In this document: piece after piece, positions 14,286-26,708 of the stretch
Layout: every line of letters begins with the position of its first letter
Position numbering within the stretch: the stretch's first letter is position 1
From: the human T2T-CHM13v2.0 reference genome, Homo sapiens
Length of the DNA: 64,000 nt
Reading direction: 5' to 3' (one strand)
NCBI RefSeq assembly: GCF_009914755.1
Contig: NC_060928.1
Notes under the pieces: model-generated
Told to the model about the DNA's origin: nothing
Database searches by the model: none
The model's input: the letters and a program-made list of their open reading frames with translations, nothing else
Made by a program: the position numbers and the translations under genes

Positions 14286-14513
14286 TGAAGATTTGATCTC
14301 CTAATTTCCAATGTGCTTCCAATTAGAGCACACTGTTTCCAAGAAGATGGGCTATTTCTGTTTTATAAAGGGCCCATATGTTAATTTGATCATTTAATTT
14401 CATACATTTGAAGCTTATTGATTGTATAGTTTTATATTTCCCCTTAAATGGCTGTAAGAGATAAAGAGAATATTATTGAAGAAATAACACTGAATTACCA
14501 TATTAATTATTTC

Positions 14514-14681
14514 TATTATTATTAAAGGCGGAGTCTCTCTTTATTGTCTAGGCTGAGGTGTATCAGCTATTCTCAGGTGCTATAATCATTTACTGCAGCC
14601 TCATATTCCTGGTCTCAAGTGATCTACCTGGCTCAGCCTCCTGAGGAGCTGGAACAATGAGAGCACGCCACTGTGCCCAGC
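14514..14681 (-). mobile_element. FAM (fossil Alu monomer)
   Basis: Single monomer containing GCTATTCTCAGGTGC, the reverse complement of the FAM/7SL-type GCCTGTGAATAGC segment that dimeric Alus lack. (TAT)n tail. Confidence 0.8.
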
Positions 14682-16234
14682 TTCACTCTTTCAATTATCC
14701 AATTTTTATTACATGCCATAGAGTTTCAACTCTTTTAAAGAAATAAAAAATTGTGATTTGTTCCACTGCAAACATATCAAATATGTAAAAGTCAGGCATT
14801 ATGTAAATAAGAAAACTAATCCCTCCCCCTACACCCTACCTTTTAGCTGAATTATTCAGTTGCCAACATTTTTGTTTGCTTTAATAATAAAACAGGCAGA
14901 AATTTTCTAATAGGTTGGTCTAATGTGGGAAACATGTCTTAAGATATTTAAAGTGCAATACAAAAAATCTAATGTATTTTAGGGGGCAGAATTACACGAC
15001 CCCCTATGTAAAATGTATTAAAAATCACAATGATTCTTTCACCTGTGAATTATTCCCTGAAAGGATAAGGGACAAAAGATTATTTACACCTTTGGAAATC
15101 AACTTTCCACTTTCCTTTCTCCTCATCCTTACTAGTAATCAACGTAAATACCTGCCAAATTTTTAGTGGTGGATTTGTGAAGGAGAAATTTCCAAATATT
15201 CTAGGAAGTGGTTTTGGGATAAGTTATGATCAGCAAACTTCAAAATGTAAAAACATGCTGGAAAAGCATGCTAGGCATCCAAATGTAATGCATTTAAATG
15301 GAGATAGCAGCGTTCCTATTTCATAAATGTGCAATAATTTGGCAAGAAGTAAAATATGTGAAAGCAGAGAACAATCATTTGTTAACCCACTCTAATGTTC
15401 AGGGAACGATCTCAGGTTCATTTGAAAATTTGCAACTGTTTGTAAGTGTTTTAGATGCTTTCATGCTTAGTTTATCAATTTGAAAAACTTATGCACATAT
15501 TGTAAAATTCTTGTGCATATGTTACCAGCTCTTCTTTTGCTGTTTATATCACCACTAATTAACATTTTTAATTAAGACAAAAAACACTGTTAGCATAATA
15601 CATGAAAAATTGGAGCAGGTGCTCAGGGTAATAATTTGTATAAATAGCTATTGCCTTACACTAGCATCTAAATTATAATCATTAACTAGCTTTTTAGTGG
15701 ATCAAAGTGAAACTCAGCCTTTTATTTAATTTAAGGAAAAAAAAAGAAAAGAAAAAAACTACAAAAATAAGTGCAGAAGCTAGAAAATTCTGTTATCCTC
15801 ATTTTAATCCTATTCCATGCTACATTTAAAATTTAACCTTCTTAAAACCCATGTGGTCCTCTTTTCCTCTGCCATCTCTGATCTTCTGGTCCTTTCTAGC
15901 TCATTCCTAAAGGCATAGTCCTCAAAAGAAATTTTCTTCCTCCCTTTCTCTGCTTCCTAACTTTCTTCTTCTCCCATCAGAAGCAGGTTTCCTACAGCAC
16001 TTCATACTATGTTTCATTAAAATGGGTACTCACCGAATTTAAATTAGTTAACAAAATATATCTATCCTACATAGTAAAGGGCTAAACTACTGGAGGACTT
16101 ATATTGTCAACACATTGCTAAATTAAATTAATTTAGTTCAGTGAAGTAGAGTAATTTTAATGAGCTACTTAAAGAGAACAATGAATAGTAAATGTATCAC
16201 ATTGATACGTTTATTCATGTGGTTTCAAATTTAT

Positions 16235-16655
16235 CTGAAACTCAATGGTGTCACTTCCTGTTCCTGCTACAAAGCTTTCTCTTCTGCCTTGTTCAAAATC
16301 TAAGTTGGCATCATTAGCCTCCTAAATACCCAAGAAAAAACTGAAGAAGAAACCGCAGTTCACCTCTAATATTTTTTTCTCTTTCTTCTCTACTAGACTA
16401 TTCAATGCTCATAATTCATCATGATACTAAAATTTAATGAGCATGTATTATGCACTTTGCTGAGTGCTGAGGATGCAAGAACATGTAAGATCTTATGTCC
16501 TAGCCATACTCTCTTGAAATGTCTCTACTATCACCCTTTTTATCACTTCAAGTCTTGGCCCTATTTATGATCTCATCGTTTACTGGACCATTTTAGCAGC
16601 TTTGTTTTGATTTTTTAGTCTGTAGCCTTTTAACCATCACATTATGGCAAGTTTA
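16235..16655 (+). mobile_element. Degenerate L2 fragment, apparently interrupted by an opposite-strand L2 tail (~16400-16505)
   Basis: CTGAAACTCAATG..., TCTCATCGTTTACTGGACCATTTTAGCAGC on +; AATTTAATGAGCATGTATTATGCACTTTGCTGAGTGCTGAGGATGCAA on -. Confidence 0.5.
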
Positions 16656-16844
16656 TTTATTTTTCCATTTTTATAAAGAAATTCTTCATTTCTTTATTTG
16701 CCTATAGGTATGTAGCAGCTATAGTTGTCCTTTCTATGTAGAAACTTAATTGTACAATATGTATTAGCAATAATAAAAGATATGACAGAATTATTACTTA
16801 ATTTTTAAGTATTATAAACAACTTTCCACTAGATAACATCACCT

Positions 16845-16952
16845 ATGTATATGTATATGTGTGTGTGTGTAATGTATGTGTGTGTGTATTCATATAGGGG
16901 TGTGTGTGTAACGTACGTGTGTGTGTATTTATATAGGAGTGTGTGTGTGTAT
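16845..16952. repeat. Compound (TG)/(TA) repeat with a ~39-bp higher-order unit
   Basis: Two related units: GTGTGTGTAATGTATGTGTGTGTGTATTCATATAGG and GTGTGTGTAACGTACGTGTGTGTGTATTTATATAGG. Confidence 0.85.
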
Positions 16953-17128
16953 TTTCTCTTTTCTCCCCCAAACTTGTATACTTTCTATTGTGACTTAGTA
17001 TTTTACTATAGCAATCATAATCTGACCCTGGTCTATTTCACCAGGTTTGTTCCTCACCCTGTCATTCTTCCAGTATATGCAAACTCTATATTTTGACCAT
17101 GACAAAGTACTATTTATAATTCCCCTTG

Positions 17129-17154
17129 GACACTCAGACACTCAGACACTCAGA
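17129..17154. repeat. (GACACTCA)3 tandem octamer
   Basis: GACACTCAGACACTCAGACACTCAGA read directly. Confidence 0.9.
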
Positions 17155-17164
17155 ATGAAATAAA

Positions 17165-17416
17165 GAATAATAATTACTAAGACATATGTAGCACTTATTC
17201 TACACCATATATTCTAAGTTCTTTAGTAATGTTAACTCATTCAATAACTTGTGAGGTAGGTATTAGCATATTATCCATATTATAATTGAGAAAATCGAGG
17301 TACAAGTAATTTGAGACATTGATCAGATTTACTCAGGATTTAAATGTGAAGTCTGGGATTCAAGTTCAGAGAATTTGCCCTCAAAAATTTTTACTCAGAC
17401 CACCAACCTGAACTGG
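17165..17416 (-). mobile_element. Near full-length MIR SINE
   Basis: GTGAGGTAGGTATTAG...TTGAGAAAATCGAGGTACA...CTGGGATTCAAGTTCAG matches reverse-complement MIR. Confidence 0.8.
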
Positions 17417-18149
17417 TCCTCTCACCAAGTTTCTGTATTAGAGTTTCATAGCACCATTATAGCCTGTATTTTTTAAGTCATAATAAAAATGCAAACACAA
17501 CATATCATTACATGATACATTTGAGCTACACAAATATGAGGCAATGCTATATATAAAACCTGTAAAGATAGGATCTATTTTGTGTCTATTAAAATGAAGT
17601 ATTTATAACACAACATATTATTCAATTTCAACTGAATAATGCAGTTCTTCACAATAAGTTCAAAGACAGGGTCAGATATAAGATTATTTATAAACTATTA
17701 ACCAATGAAAAATAGGGGAACTATTAAAACATTAATCAAACTGTAAGATGCATAATTCTTCTCATATCTACTCTAAAATAGGATGTGCACATTAATGATT
17801 CACAGTTGTAATATTTTAAGATATATTAAAATTACTGATTAAAACTTTATTAAGGACTTTTTTCTACTTTAATTTCACAGAGATTTTAAATTTTATAACC
17901 TTAAATGTTTGTGTTTTCCTTTTTGTGTATGAATGTCAATTTTGTTATAAGCAGAGTTAGGACAGAACTGATCAGTAATCTACTAGTGAAAAAGAAAGAT
18001 ATTCTAAGCCCCTGCAGTATGATCATTACTTGATATGCTTTTAGCTTATTGATTCTAAGACCAAAAGAGAACCAACTCCATAAGTTTTGTAGTTGTATGT
18101 TTCATAGTACTTGCTACTCTCTAAAGTTATATTATTTATGTACTTGTGT

Positions 18150-18285
18150 ATTTCTGTATTTTCTGTTCCTACAGTAGGATGTAAGGTTCATATGGCATGT
18201 ATTTTGTCTGTCTTATTTACCACTGAATAAATAGAATTTGGAAATTTTGGGCCCATAGCAGCCATTCAGGAAGCATTTATAAAAC
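18150..18285 (+). mobile_element. L2 3' end
   Basis: TAGGATGTAAGGTTCATATGGCATGTATTTTGTCTGTCTTATTTACCACTG resembles the L2 tail. Confidence 0.6.
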
Positions 18286-18979
18286 AGCATCTGCTTCAGA
18301 TTTTATATCCAGTGTAAGGAAACTTCAAAATTTATGTAGAAAATCAAGACATGTGAGCAAGTCTATATACCAGATACAACTCTATGCTCCATTTTTAATA
18401 TAAATGTGTTACATTTTTTTCAAGAGGATACAACAAACAGGCTTTAGAAACTCTACTATGGTAGATATTTCACCAACAAATCTATTGAACACTTGTTGTA
18501 TTACATCAAAATTTGAAGAAAAAATGGTTCGAATAAACAAATACAATTCTTAAATAAAACAGTAAACTTCTTAAGAATGTGTATTATTAATAATCTTGTA
18601 GAGATCCTGATATCTTAAGATAAATGTATTTCATGCCTAAATGCAGTAGTTAAGATTTAGTTGTCTGTGTTGTATGTTTGTTGCTATTTTATAAATACGT
18701 TTTAGATGATAAACTTTGCAGACATTGTTCAACATGCATATTTTTTATTAATATTTACTTAATAACTGTTTTTCCAAAGTTACTTTCCAAATCGTATGTG
18801 TTGTTTTATTCAATATGCATACATAAAAATATACCAGCAAAAACTGAAATTAAAAGTTGATTAATCACACTTAGACTCTAGTAAAACAATTATTTACTTT
18901 TTCCAATATGCCATTATAGATTCTACTATTTATATATATAAATACATGTGTGTGTATATATGCATATATGTATGTGTTT

Positions 18980-19325
18980 ATGTTTCTTATGTGGGAATTA
19001 TAACATAAATTCTTTTTGCATTTTTGCATCGTCTTGATAGGTATTATTTAAATGAACAAACCAAATGCATTTAATTGATGTAACATAATCATCTTAACCA
19101 TATTATATTGCTTAACAGCAAGTTGTGTTTAGATCTTTACCACTGGAGATGAAATTGCAATGGATATCTTCAGGTATTGCGCCTTTGCTCTAAATTGAAT
19201 AATTGTCTTGGAATCTTTTCCCTATAGTCAAAATATATGAAAACATCAGTTCTCCATATTTGCTGTCAAATCACTTTCTAAAAAGGGTTTATACTTTGCA
19301 TTTTATATTGCCATCATTGTGAATA
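18980..19325 (-). mobile_element. Ancient L1 (L1ME) 3' fragment
   Basis: GATGTAACATAAT..., TTGCAATGGATATCTT and TGTCAAATCACTTTCTAAAAAGGGTTTATAC resemble reverse-complement L1ME ORF2 end/3' UTR. Confidence 0.55.
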
Positions 19326-21214
19326 TTAATATCAAAAATTGATTACATTGTTTCATCGTGGGAGGAAAAGGCAAACAAAAGACACTACTTCTTGGAGAAG
19401 AATACAGTTATAAATCAAGAATAGTGCTTGATAACCTAGTCTACTAGAAGTAGATATTGAGATCTCAAGGAGAGGGTTCACTGTCCAACTATAATCTGAA
19501 GGTGAAGGACAGGAGATTGATTTCATAAATATATCAAGGGTATAAACATCAATAAAAGCAGAGATGAATAAAATTCAAAGATGAAGAAGGAAAGCAAGGA
19601 GAGAGACTCATTACCCACACAACATGGTTTACAGGAATGCATTAAGAAAGGAGATCCCTGTGGAGGCTCAGGAAGAAATCCTCCAAGGGCAGCCATTCCT
19701 TCCTATGAAATGAGAAGCCTGCAAGGTAAGGAGGAGCCAGTCAATAGTCTGCCCTTTCCTGGATAGATCTATGATTCACTGTGTTTGGTGGATGTGCAAA
19801 TAAATAACTACTTTCAGTTTTTAATTTTTAAAAGTGAGAATATATAATATACTCTCTGGGATGGATCTCGCTGGTTTCTGAGAGGACGGGGAGTATTTAT
19901 GCAACATACTTTGCAGAATGCAAAGGACTGAGCTGGAGCTAAAAGGAGGCCAGGATAACACCAGGATCGTCAACAAAAATGTGAAATGGCATTTAAATAC
20001 TCTATTTTATTAAAATATATTTAAACACATCTTAATGTCTTAATTGGCAATTATTTCTATTCTTAATGTCCTAAAGTACAATATATAATTTCCTTCTGAA
20101 TATGAATAGAAAACTATTAATGCATCTTAGGTCTTTCACGAGTCCTTTCATTCACCAAATAATTTCCAGCAAAATCTGTGCATGTACATGAGAAAGAGGG
20201 ACAGGATGGGGAAAGAGAGGAGAGGGAGAGAAAGAATCGGTCTTTTAAAAAAATGGGCAAAAATCTATAGATTTCTTGAGGCAGGTATTCACTATTCCCC
20301 AAACCTCTATTTATAACTGCTATAAAATAATAATCCCTCTTTCTTGTTCACTTTTATGGGCCTGTCTACACCCTCAGAAATATTGTGTTTCGGTGAAGAA
20401 GTAGAAATCTTGAAGACACTAAAATCATGATTTGAGCATTTTAAGGTTTAGCAGAGGTCCTTGCCAGCAGAAGTCCGGCTTTGCATTTAACCCTCAAGGA
20501 AAAGATTCATTATCAAATATTTGTGAGTTTTGAACAAAACTAGATGAATTTTGGTCTGTCACTCATACAAATATAACAAGAATTTCCAAAAGTGTTCTTT
20601 AATTTTTTCTCTTATGCTTTTAGCTTATTTATCAAATAATTCAAACTAAAATGCTTTACTTGAATTTGTCAGATATAAAGATCTTTTCTAAATTACTAAC
20701 TTCCAATCTCTTAGGTATCCACTCCTGATATTCAAGCCATTTATTCACTTAAACAGGCCCTATGAGAAGCACTTTTTCCCCAGAAAACAATAGATGTATA
20801 TAAGCCTATACCTAATATCGCAAAGCCAGATTCTCAAAGGTTGCGTCTGTAAATGGCAACCAAATCCACTGGCATGATTCTTCACTACAGTATCAGATTT
20901 AAACATTTTGGAGTTTTTGCTAGCTGCTAGAACTATGAATTAGTTCTTCCATGAAGAAGACATTTCAAACATACTTCAGAAACAAGTATGCAATGGCAGA
21001 GACATAGTTTCCTGGTTAATAACTAACGAGTAAGCGGGAGAAAAAAAATATAATGTCATAGTTACCATGTCAAGTTTCTGGAAACAGTAGCCCATTTAAA
21101 TGTACTCCATGTAATTTCAGAAAAAATGAAAGTCTGTTAAGTAAAATTGTTGCTAAGAACTATGAGATCCTTGGGTCCCTGTATCTACACAGTGCCAAAG
21201 AAGAGTAATAAGGG

Positions 21215-21420
21215 TAGGATTGTGCTTACGATTCTGAGTTTTGGAGTTTGACATATAGGCCATTTAAAAGACATTTGATTTCAATGACGCTGAGCCTCCT
21301 CATTTTTTTTTTCTGAAGTGAAAAAAATATCTATTTCTTAATCTTGCCATCAGATAAAAACAATGTAGAGAATATGATATGAGGCCTATGGTAGTTACTA
21401 AATAAATGATGACGATATAG
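21215..21420 (+). mobile_element. Highly degenerate MIR
   Basis: TTTTGGAGTTTGACA, CTGAGCCTCCTCATTT and ACTAAATAAATG occur in MIR order. Confidence 0.45.
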
Positions 21421-21776
21421 TAATTGAGTACATCTAGAGAATTTGTTTGGCTTATGATGTTTAGAGAAACAGATGCAATATGATATGTTATATAATTATA
21501 TTTATGTTATGAAGTTTTCATACGATAAGTGTATTTGAAGGATGTTTACTTGATTCCTCCACTCACCTTAATTTGTGAACTCTCTATATACTTTATGTAT
21601 CAGCTTATCATTCACATTCTGTGGAATGTACTCCCTCATCTGTCCTACACCAGATTATTACTAATATGCTTGTCTGCCAAAATACTATGTTCTTGTTTTA
21701 TCATATTACTCTAGACATTTAATTGCAATGCTGCCTTAATTTTGTATAATTCTAAAAAACATCTGAGAAGAAAAAT

Positions 21777-21805
21777 TGTGTGTATGTATGTGTGTGTGTG
21801 TGTGC
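21777..21805. repeat. (TG)n/(TATG)n microsatellite
   Basis: Read directly. Confidence 0.9.
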
Positions 21806-24189
21806 ACATGTAGAAGTGTTACTCTTCCAGTTTAAGTTTAGAACAGCATCTGATCCTAGTAGTAATTTAATAAACTCATCCTCTAAGCTGATATATGCTA
21901 TGCTACTTGACTACCTTTGCCATGATGGAACCCACATTTTTAACTCACTGAAAAGGAAGATTAATCAGAAACTTGAACATTTTTGTATTATGAATAAAAT
22001 ATATGAATAATAACAGTGATTTCAGGAAGAAAAAAATAACTATAAAATGTATACACCAAAAAGAATCTTTTTGGTTTTCAGTTTCTTTCTTTCGTTATTC
22101 GAAAGGGTTAAAATAAGTAAGTTTCATTCAAGAGGAAACTTAATAAATTTTTTAAGAGACTCATAAAAAATTGTGTGTCCTTCAGGAAAATAGTTTGTTA
22201 TATAAATAAATATTAAACAGAAAAGGTTTTATATGTTACAAAGTATTCTCGTGACTTCCTCCTTAGATATTTGAAAAAATGTGTTCTCTGTAAATTCTAT
22301 CACTATCACAGTGAAGTAAAAGATAAGACCCCCTCCAACATCCACCCATCCAGTGAAACAGATAATTTTGAGACAATTTGAGAAAATGCCTTGCTTGTTT
22401 TTATATTTAAAAGCTGTCATCAGACGGATATCTACTAGACAGTTGGTTTTGCTTTAAATCATAAATCTGTCATGGCCAGGTTTATCATTTGCTGTCTGAC
22501 ACTTTCCACTACTAATAATCTCTGTGAAGAATACAAAGTCGAAGTGGAAAACTCTTTGTAAATGCCCTCTGTAGTACATTTGTCAGTTTCATGTTTTTAA
22601 CTCCTTCCTGGTTGCTACTGTGGGGACATTTCTAATTCATTCTCATTTGAGAGTCCTCATTGTATCTACTTTTCAGAGTGCAGCGTTATCTGATGTTATT
22701 TCATGCTGAGACGAAACACTGACTATATCAGTAGGGATAACTGCTGAGAAGAAAGAACAAAATTGCATATATCTAACAGTCCAGGATTTTCACGGGTTGT
22801 GCTGAGCTAGAGGATTTACTTATATCCCAAAAGGATTGTTTCATAATGTATCGGTTCCTATAAACTTTGAGGCATGCAAAGGAAGTAAGAACTCAACCAC
22901 AAGTTTCAGATATGGGTGAATTTTTCAAAATGATCTTATTTTTGTTACTTTATTTCCCATAAGAAAACAGTTTTGTATATGCAATAAAATTGTCCTTGGG
23001 AACTTTGATCTAAAGGATAAAATTTAAGAGTTTAATCGCTTAAAATAGACAAAAACTTTACACTTATTCATCTGATCAGTTTGCAAATATGATCACAGAG
23101 TGCTACTGGAAGTAAACACTTAAGAGAATCATGACTTAATGAAAATAATTGAGATTATGTAATCCATAGCCTTAAAAAATAAGTACAATTTGTCTTGTTT
23201 CTCTTAGAATATGTTGTCTTGATTTCATGCCTAGAATACATTTAGAAAAATACCTGTTTCCATTTTGATGACTTGAATCTAAAGACATTAGGGATTCTAA
23301 ACAATCTGAACATATCTTGAAAGCCCTTTTAAAAGTTATGTAAGAAATTCTTAGTGGCTTTTAATTTTAGCCCTGGTTGAGATACATGCAACCATTTTCA
23401 AACATGACATATCATTACTGCAGCTTAAAGGTACATAAATCAGAAATATGTGTACATACCTGGAACATACTGCAATATAGCAGTTAGTTAAAAACAAAAG
23501 TCAGGGTAGTAGTAGCGGTAATAGTAGCAGTAATAATAGTTTTTTAAATGTTCATTTTGAAAAGCCAGTTTAAAAGAGAGTAATAATGTTTGACAACGAG
23601 TATCAGAGACACTAATGAATAGATTAGATTTGAAATTACCGAATTACAAGTAATGCTAATCATGGTTCATTTATTATTGGAACAATGTTATGTATTTGTT
23701 AGGCTAGTATTTAATTAATATGCATAGAATTATAACCAAATTCAAAATAAATACAATAGCATAGTGTGTTTCATCTTAATTATATTTCTATTTGTATTAT
23801 ATTTTCTTTTTCTTCTCTTAAAGAATAAAATATTTCATGAAAACCTTCATAATAAGAAATACTATATGATTAAATGTTTAATCTAGGAAAAATTGAAAAG
23901 AGCAGGTTGTTATTTTATAATGCATTCTTACCTTATCTGCCATTACAGCAAAGTTCTGACTTCAGAATTCCAGGTTTGAAGCCAGATCTTTGATACCAGT
24001 TACCAATTTGTTAACTGTCAACAATGTATTTATTGTGATTCTATATTTGATCATTTATATAAGAAAGATATCACTTTTGGTTTTGAACATAATCATTGAA
24101 TATTTAATATTAGACATTTGTGTTTTATTTATGAGAAAAGGCACGTTAAAAATATAAAAGGTAGCATAGTCCAAAGTTACTTTTAAAAT

Positions 24190-24700
24190 TAACTTATTTA
24201 TTTGTCTTTGGAGGAATATAAAATTATCAAGGAATATTGCTGTATTTGGTACATCATAGAGACTTTCACCTACAAAGCAGCCAATGGTAGTGCAGAGAGA
24301 CTGTGAAGAGATATTAACACCTTTTATCAAATTCACTGTATACCAGTGCTCACTACAAGAAGTGATCAATTCTATACTAAAATATTGGAAGGCATTGATA
24401 AGCTAAATTACAATATCAACATGAATTACAATGAAAAACAGAATAGTATAAGAATTAAACTGAGTGAAGACAGAGTTAACAGATACACCATACAATATAA
24501 GAGAAATGGGAATGCAGTTAGGAGTAAGATGAAACTTGTATCCACGTTGTCAGGGTCATCAGTGTAATTGCCCAGATGGGACACAGATTCCTTAATAGAA
24601 TTAAGTGGACTAAATGGCATCTAACATTTGGCCTCCATATTCAAGATCCACGAAAATGTTGGAATGTGATGAACTGGAGAGCATGTATCAAATGGGAACA
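24190..24700 (+). mobile_element. Possible L4/RTE-clade LINE relic
   Basis: Fragments from different frames (AVFG, IPVLTTRSDQFYTK, HVVR) line up in order with RTE-clade C-terminal motifs (AF, PVLxYGSETW, GHVxR). Very decayed. Confidence 0.4.
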
Positions 24701-26169
24701 GAGTGTATCACTCATTTGCTGATTTATATGATAATCTATTACTGTCATATTTTTCACAAAGAAAAGTATAAATAGTTTTTGGAAATCTATTTTTTCCACT
24801 GGAAAGGGGGAGTTTGCTTTTTTAACTATTTCCTTATTTTTAAATAAACTATCATTTTTAGAGCAGTTTCAGATTCACAGCAAAATTGAGTGGAAAGTAC
24901 AGATTTCCCATATACTGGACGGCCTTCCCCTCTATCAAGGGGCCCAAAGGAAGTAGAGGTATAGCATAGACGCACAGCCTCCTCCTCTATCAACATCCCC
25001 CACCAGAGTGGTAAATTTGTTACAATCCATAAACCTACATTGAGGTATTATTATGAACCAAAGTCCATAGTTCTATTGGTGTTGTACATTCTGAGTATGA
25101 GAAAATGTATCCACCTTTATGCATATCTGTTATATGCATTATGTATATCTGTCATTATGGTATCACACAGCATAGTGTTGTTGCTCTAAAAATCCTTGGC
25201 GGCCACCAGTCCATCCTTTCCTCTTGATTAACTCCTGATAGCCACTGATGTTTTTTTACTGTCTCCATAGTTTTGCCTTTTCACTAATTTCATATAGTTG
25301 TAATCATAAAGTATATAGCCTTTTAGATTGGCTTATTTCACTTAGTAATACACATTTAAAGTTGCTCCATATCTTTTCATGACTTGATAGATCATTTTGT
25401 TAGCACTGAGTAATATCTCATTGTCTGGATGAACCACAGTTTGTTTATCCATTCACCTACTGAAGGACATTTTGGTTGCTTCCAAGTTTTAGCAAATATG
25501 AATAAAGCTACTGAGAGGTGACAGCGTGCTGGCAGTCCTCACAGACCTTGGTCGCTCTCGGCGCCTCCTCTGCCTGGGCTACCACTTTGGCGGCACTTGA
25601 GGAGCCCTTCAGCCCCCCGCTGCACTGTGGGAGCCCTTTTCCGGGATGGCCAAGGCCGGAGCCGGCTCCCTCAGCTTGCAGGGAGGTGTGGAGGGAGAGG
25701 CGGGAGCGGGAACCGGGGCTGCGCGCGGCGCTTGCGGGCCAGCTGGAGTTCCGGGTGGGCGTGGGCTTGGCGTGCCCGGCACTCAGAGCAGCTGGCCGGC
25801 CTTGCTGGCCCCGGGGCAATGAGGGGCTTAGCACCCGGGCCAGCGGCTGCGGAGGGTGTACTGGGTCCCCCAGCAGTGCCAGCCAACCGGCGGTGCGCTC
25901 GATTTCTCACCGGGCCTTAGCTGCCTTCCCGCGGGGCAGGTCTCAGGACATGGAGCCCTCCATGCCTGAGCCTCCTACCCACTCCATGAGCTCCCGTGCG
26001 GCCGGAGCCTCCCGGATGAGCGCCGTCCCCTGCTCCACGGCGCCCAGTCCCATCGACCACCCAAGGGCTGAGGAGTGCGGGAGCACGGCGCTGGACTGGC
26101 AGGCAGCTCCACCTGCAGCCCCAGTGCGGGATCCACTGGGTGAAGCCAGCTGGGCTCCTGAGTCTGGTG

Positions 26170-26630
26170 GGGACGTGGAGAACCTTTATGTCTAGCCCAG
26201 GGATTGTAAATACACCAGTCAGCACTGGGTATCTAGCTCAGGGTTTGCGAATGCACCAATCAACACTCTGTATCTAGCTACTCTAGTGGGGCCTTGGAGA
26301 ACCTTTATGTCTAGCTCAGGGATTGTAAATACACCAATCGGCACTCTGTATCTAGCTCAAGGTTTGTAAACACACCAATCAGCACCCTGTGTCTAGCTCT
26401 GGGTTTGTGAATGCACCAATGGATACTCTGTATCTAGCTACTCTGGTGGGGCCTTGGAGAACCTTTGTGTCCATACTCTGTATCTAACTAATGTGGTGGG
26501 GAAGTGGAGAACATTTCTGTCTAGCTCAGGGATTGTAAATGCACCAATCAGCACCGGGTCAAAACAGACCACTTGGCTCTACCAATCAGCAGGATGTGAG
26601 TGGGGCCAGATAAGAGAATAAAAGCAGGCT
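26170..26630 (+). promoter_or_regulatory. LTR12C U3 enhancer/promoter: NF-Y CCAAT array, GATA site, AATAAAA TATA-like box
   Basis: CCAAT at 26256, 26334, 26375, 26416, 26544 and 26582 (plus a CCAGT variant near 26215); repeated TATCTAGCT; AGATAA at 26608; AATAAAA at 26617. This is the established ERV9 LTR architecture. Confidence 0.8.
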
Positions 26631-26702
26631 GCCCAAGCCAGCAGGGGCAACCCGCGCGGGTCCCTTTCCACTCTGTGGAAGCTTTGTTCTTTTGCTTTTT
26701 GC

Positions 26703-26708
26703 AATAAA
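26703..26708 (+). terminator. LTR12C polyadenylation signal
   Basis: AATAAA at the expected R-region position. Confidence 0.6.

Noticed and set aside
19581-19766. 61-aa ORF with a strong AAG|GTAAGG donor at 19726
   Set aside because: No convincing acceptor or promoter upstream and no recognisable protein similarity; a single donor is expected by chance.
25508-26225. 225-aa and overlapping ORFs in the GC-rich region
   Set aside because: Entirely within LTR12C U3 and upstream of its promoter. GC-rich DNA is stop-poor, ORFs overlap on both strands, and the 225-aa frame starts at GTG.
26170-26590. Regularly spaced repeats resembling a CRISPR array
   Set aside because: These are the known LTR12 tandem enhancer units. 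No unique spacers, no cas genes, and the DNA is primate.
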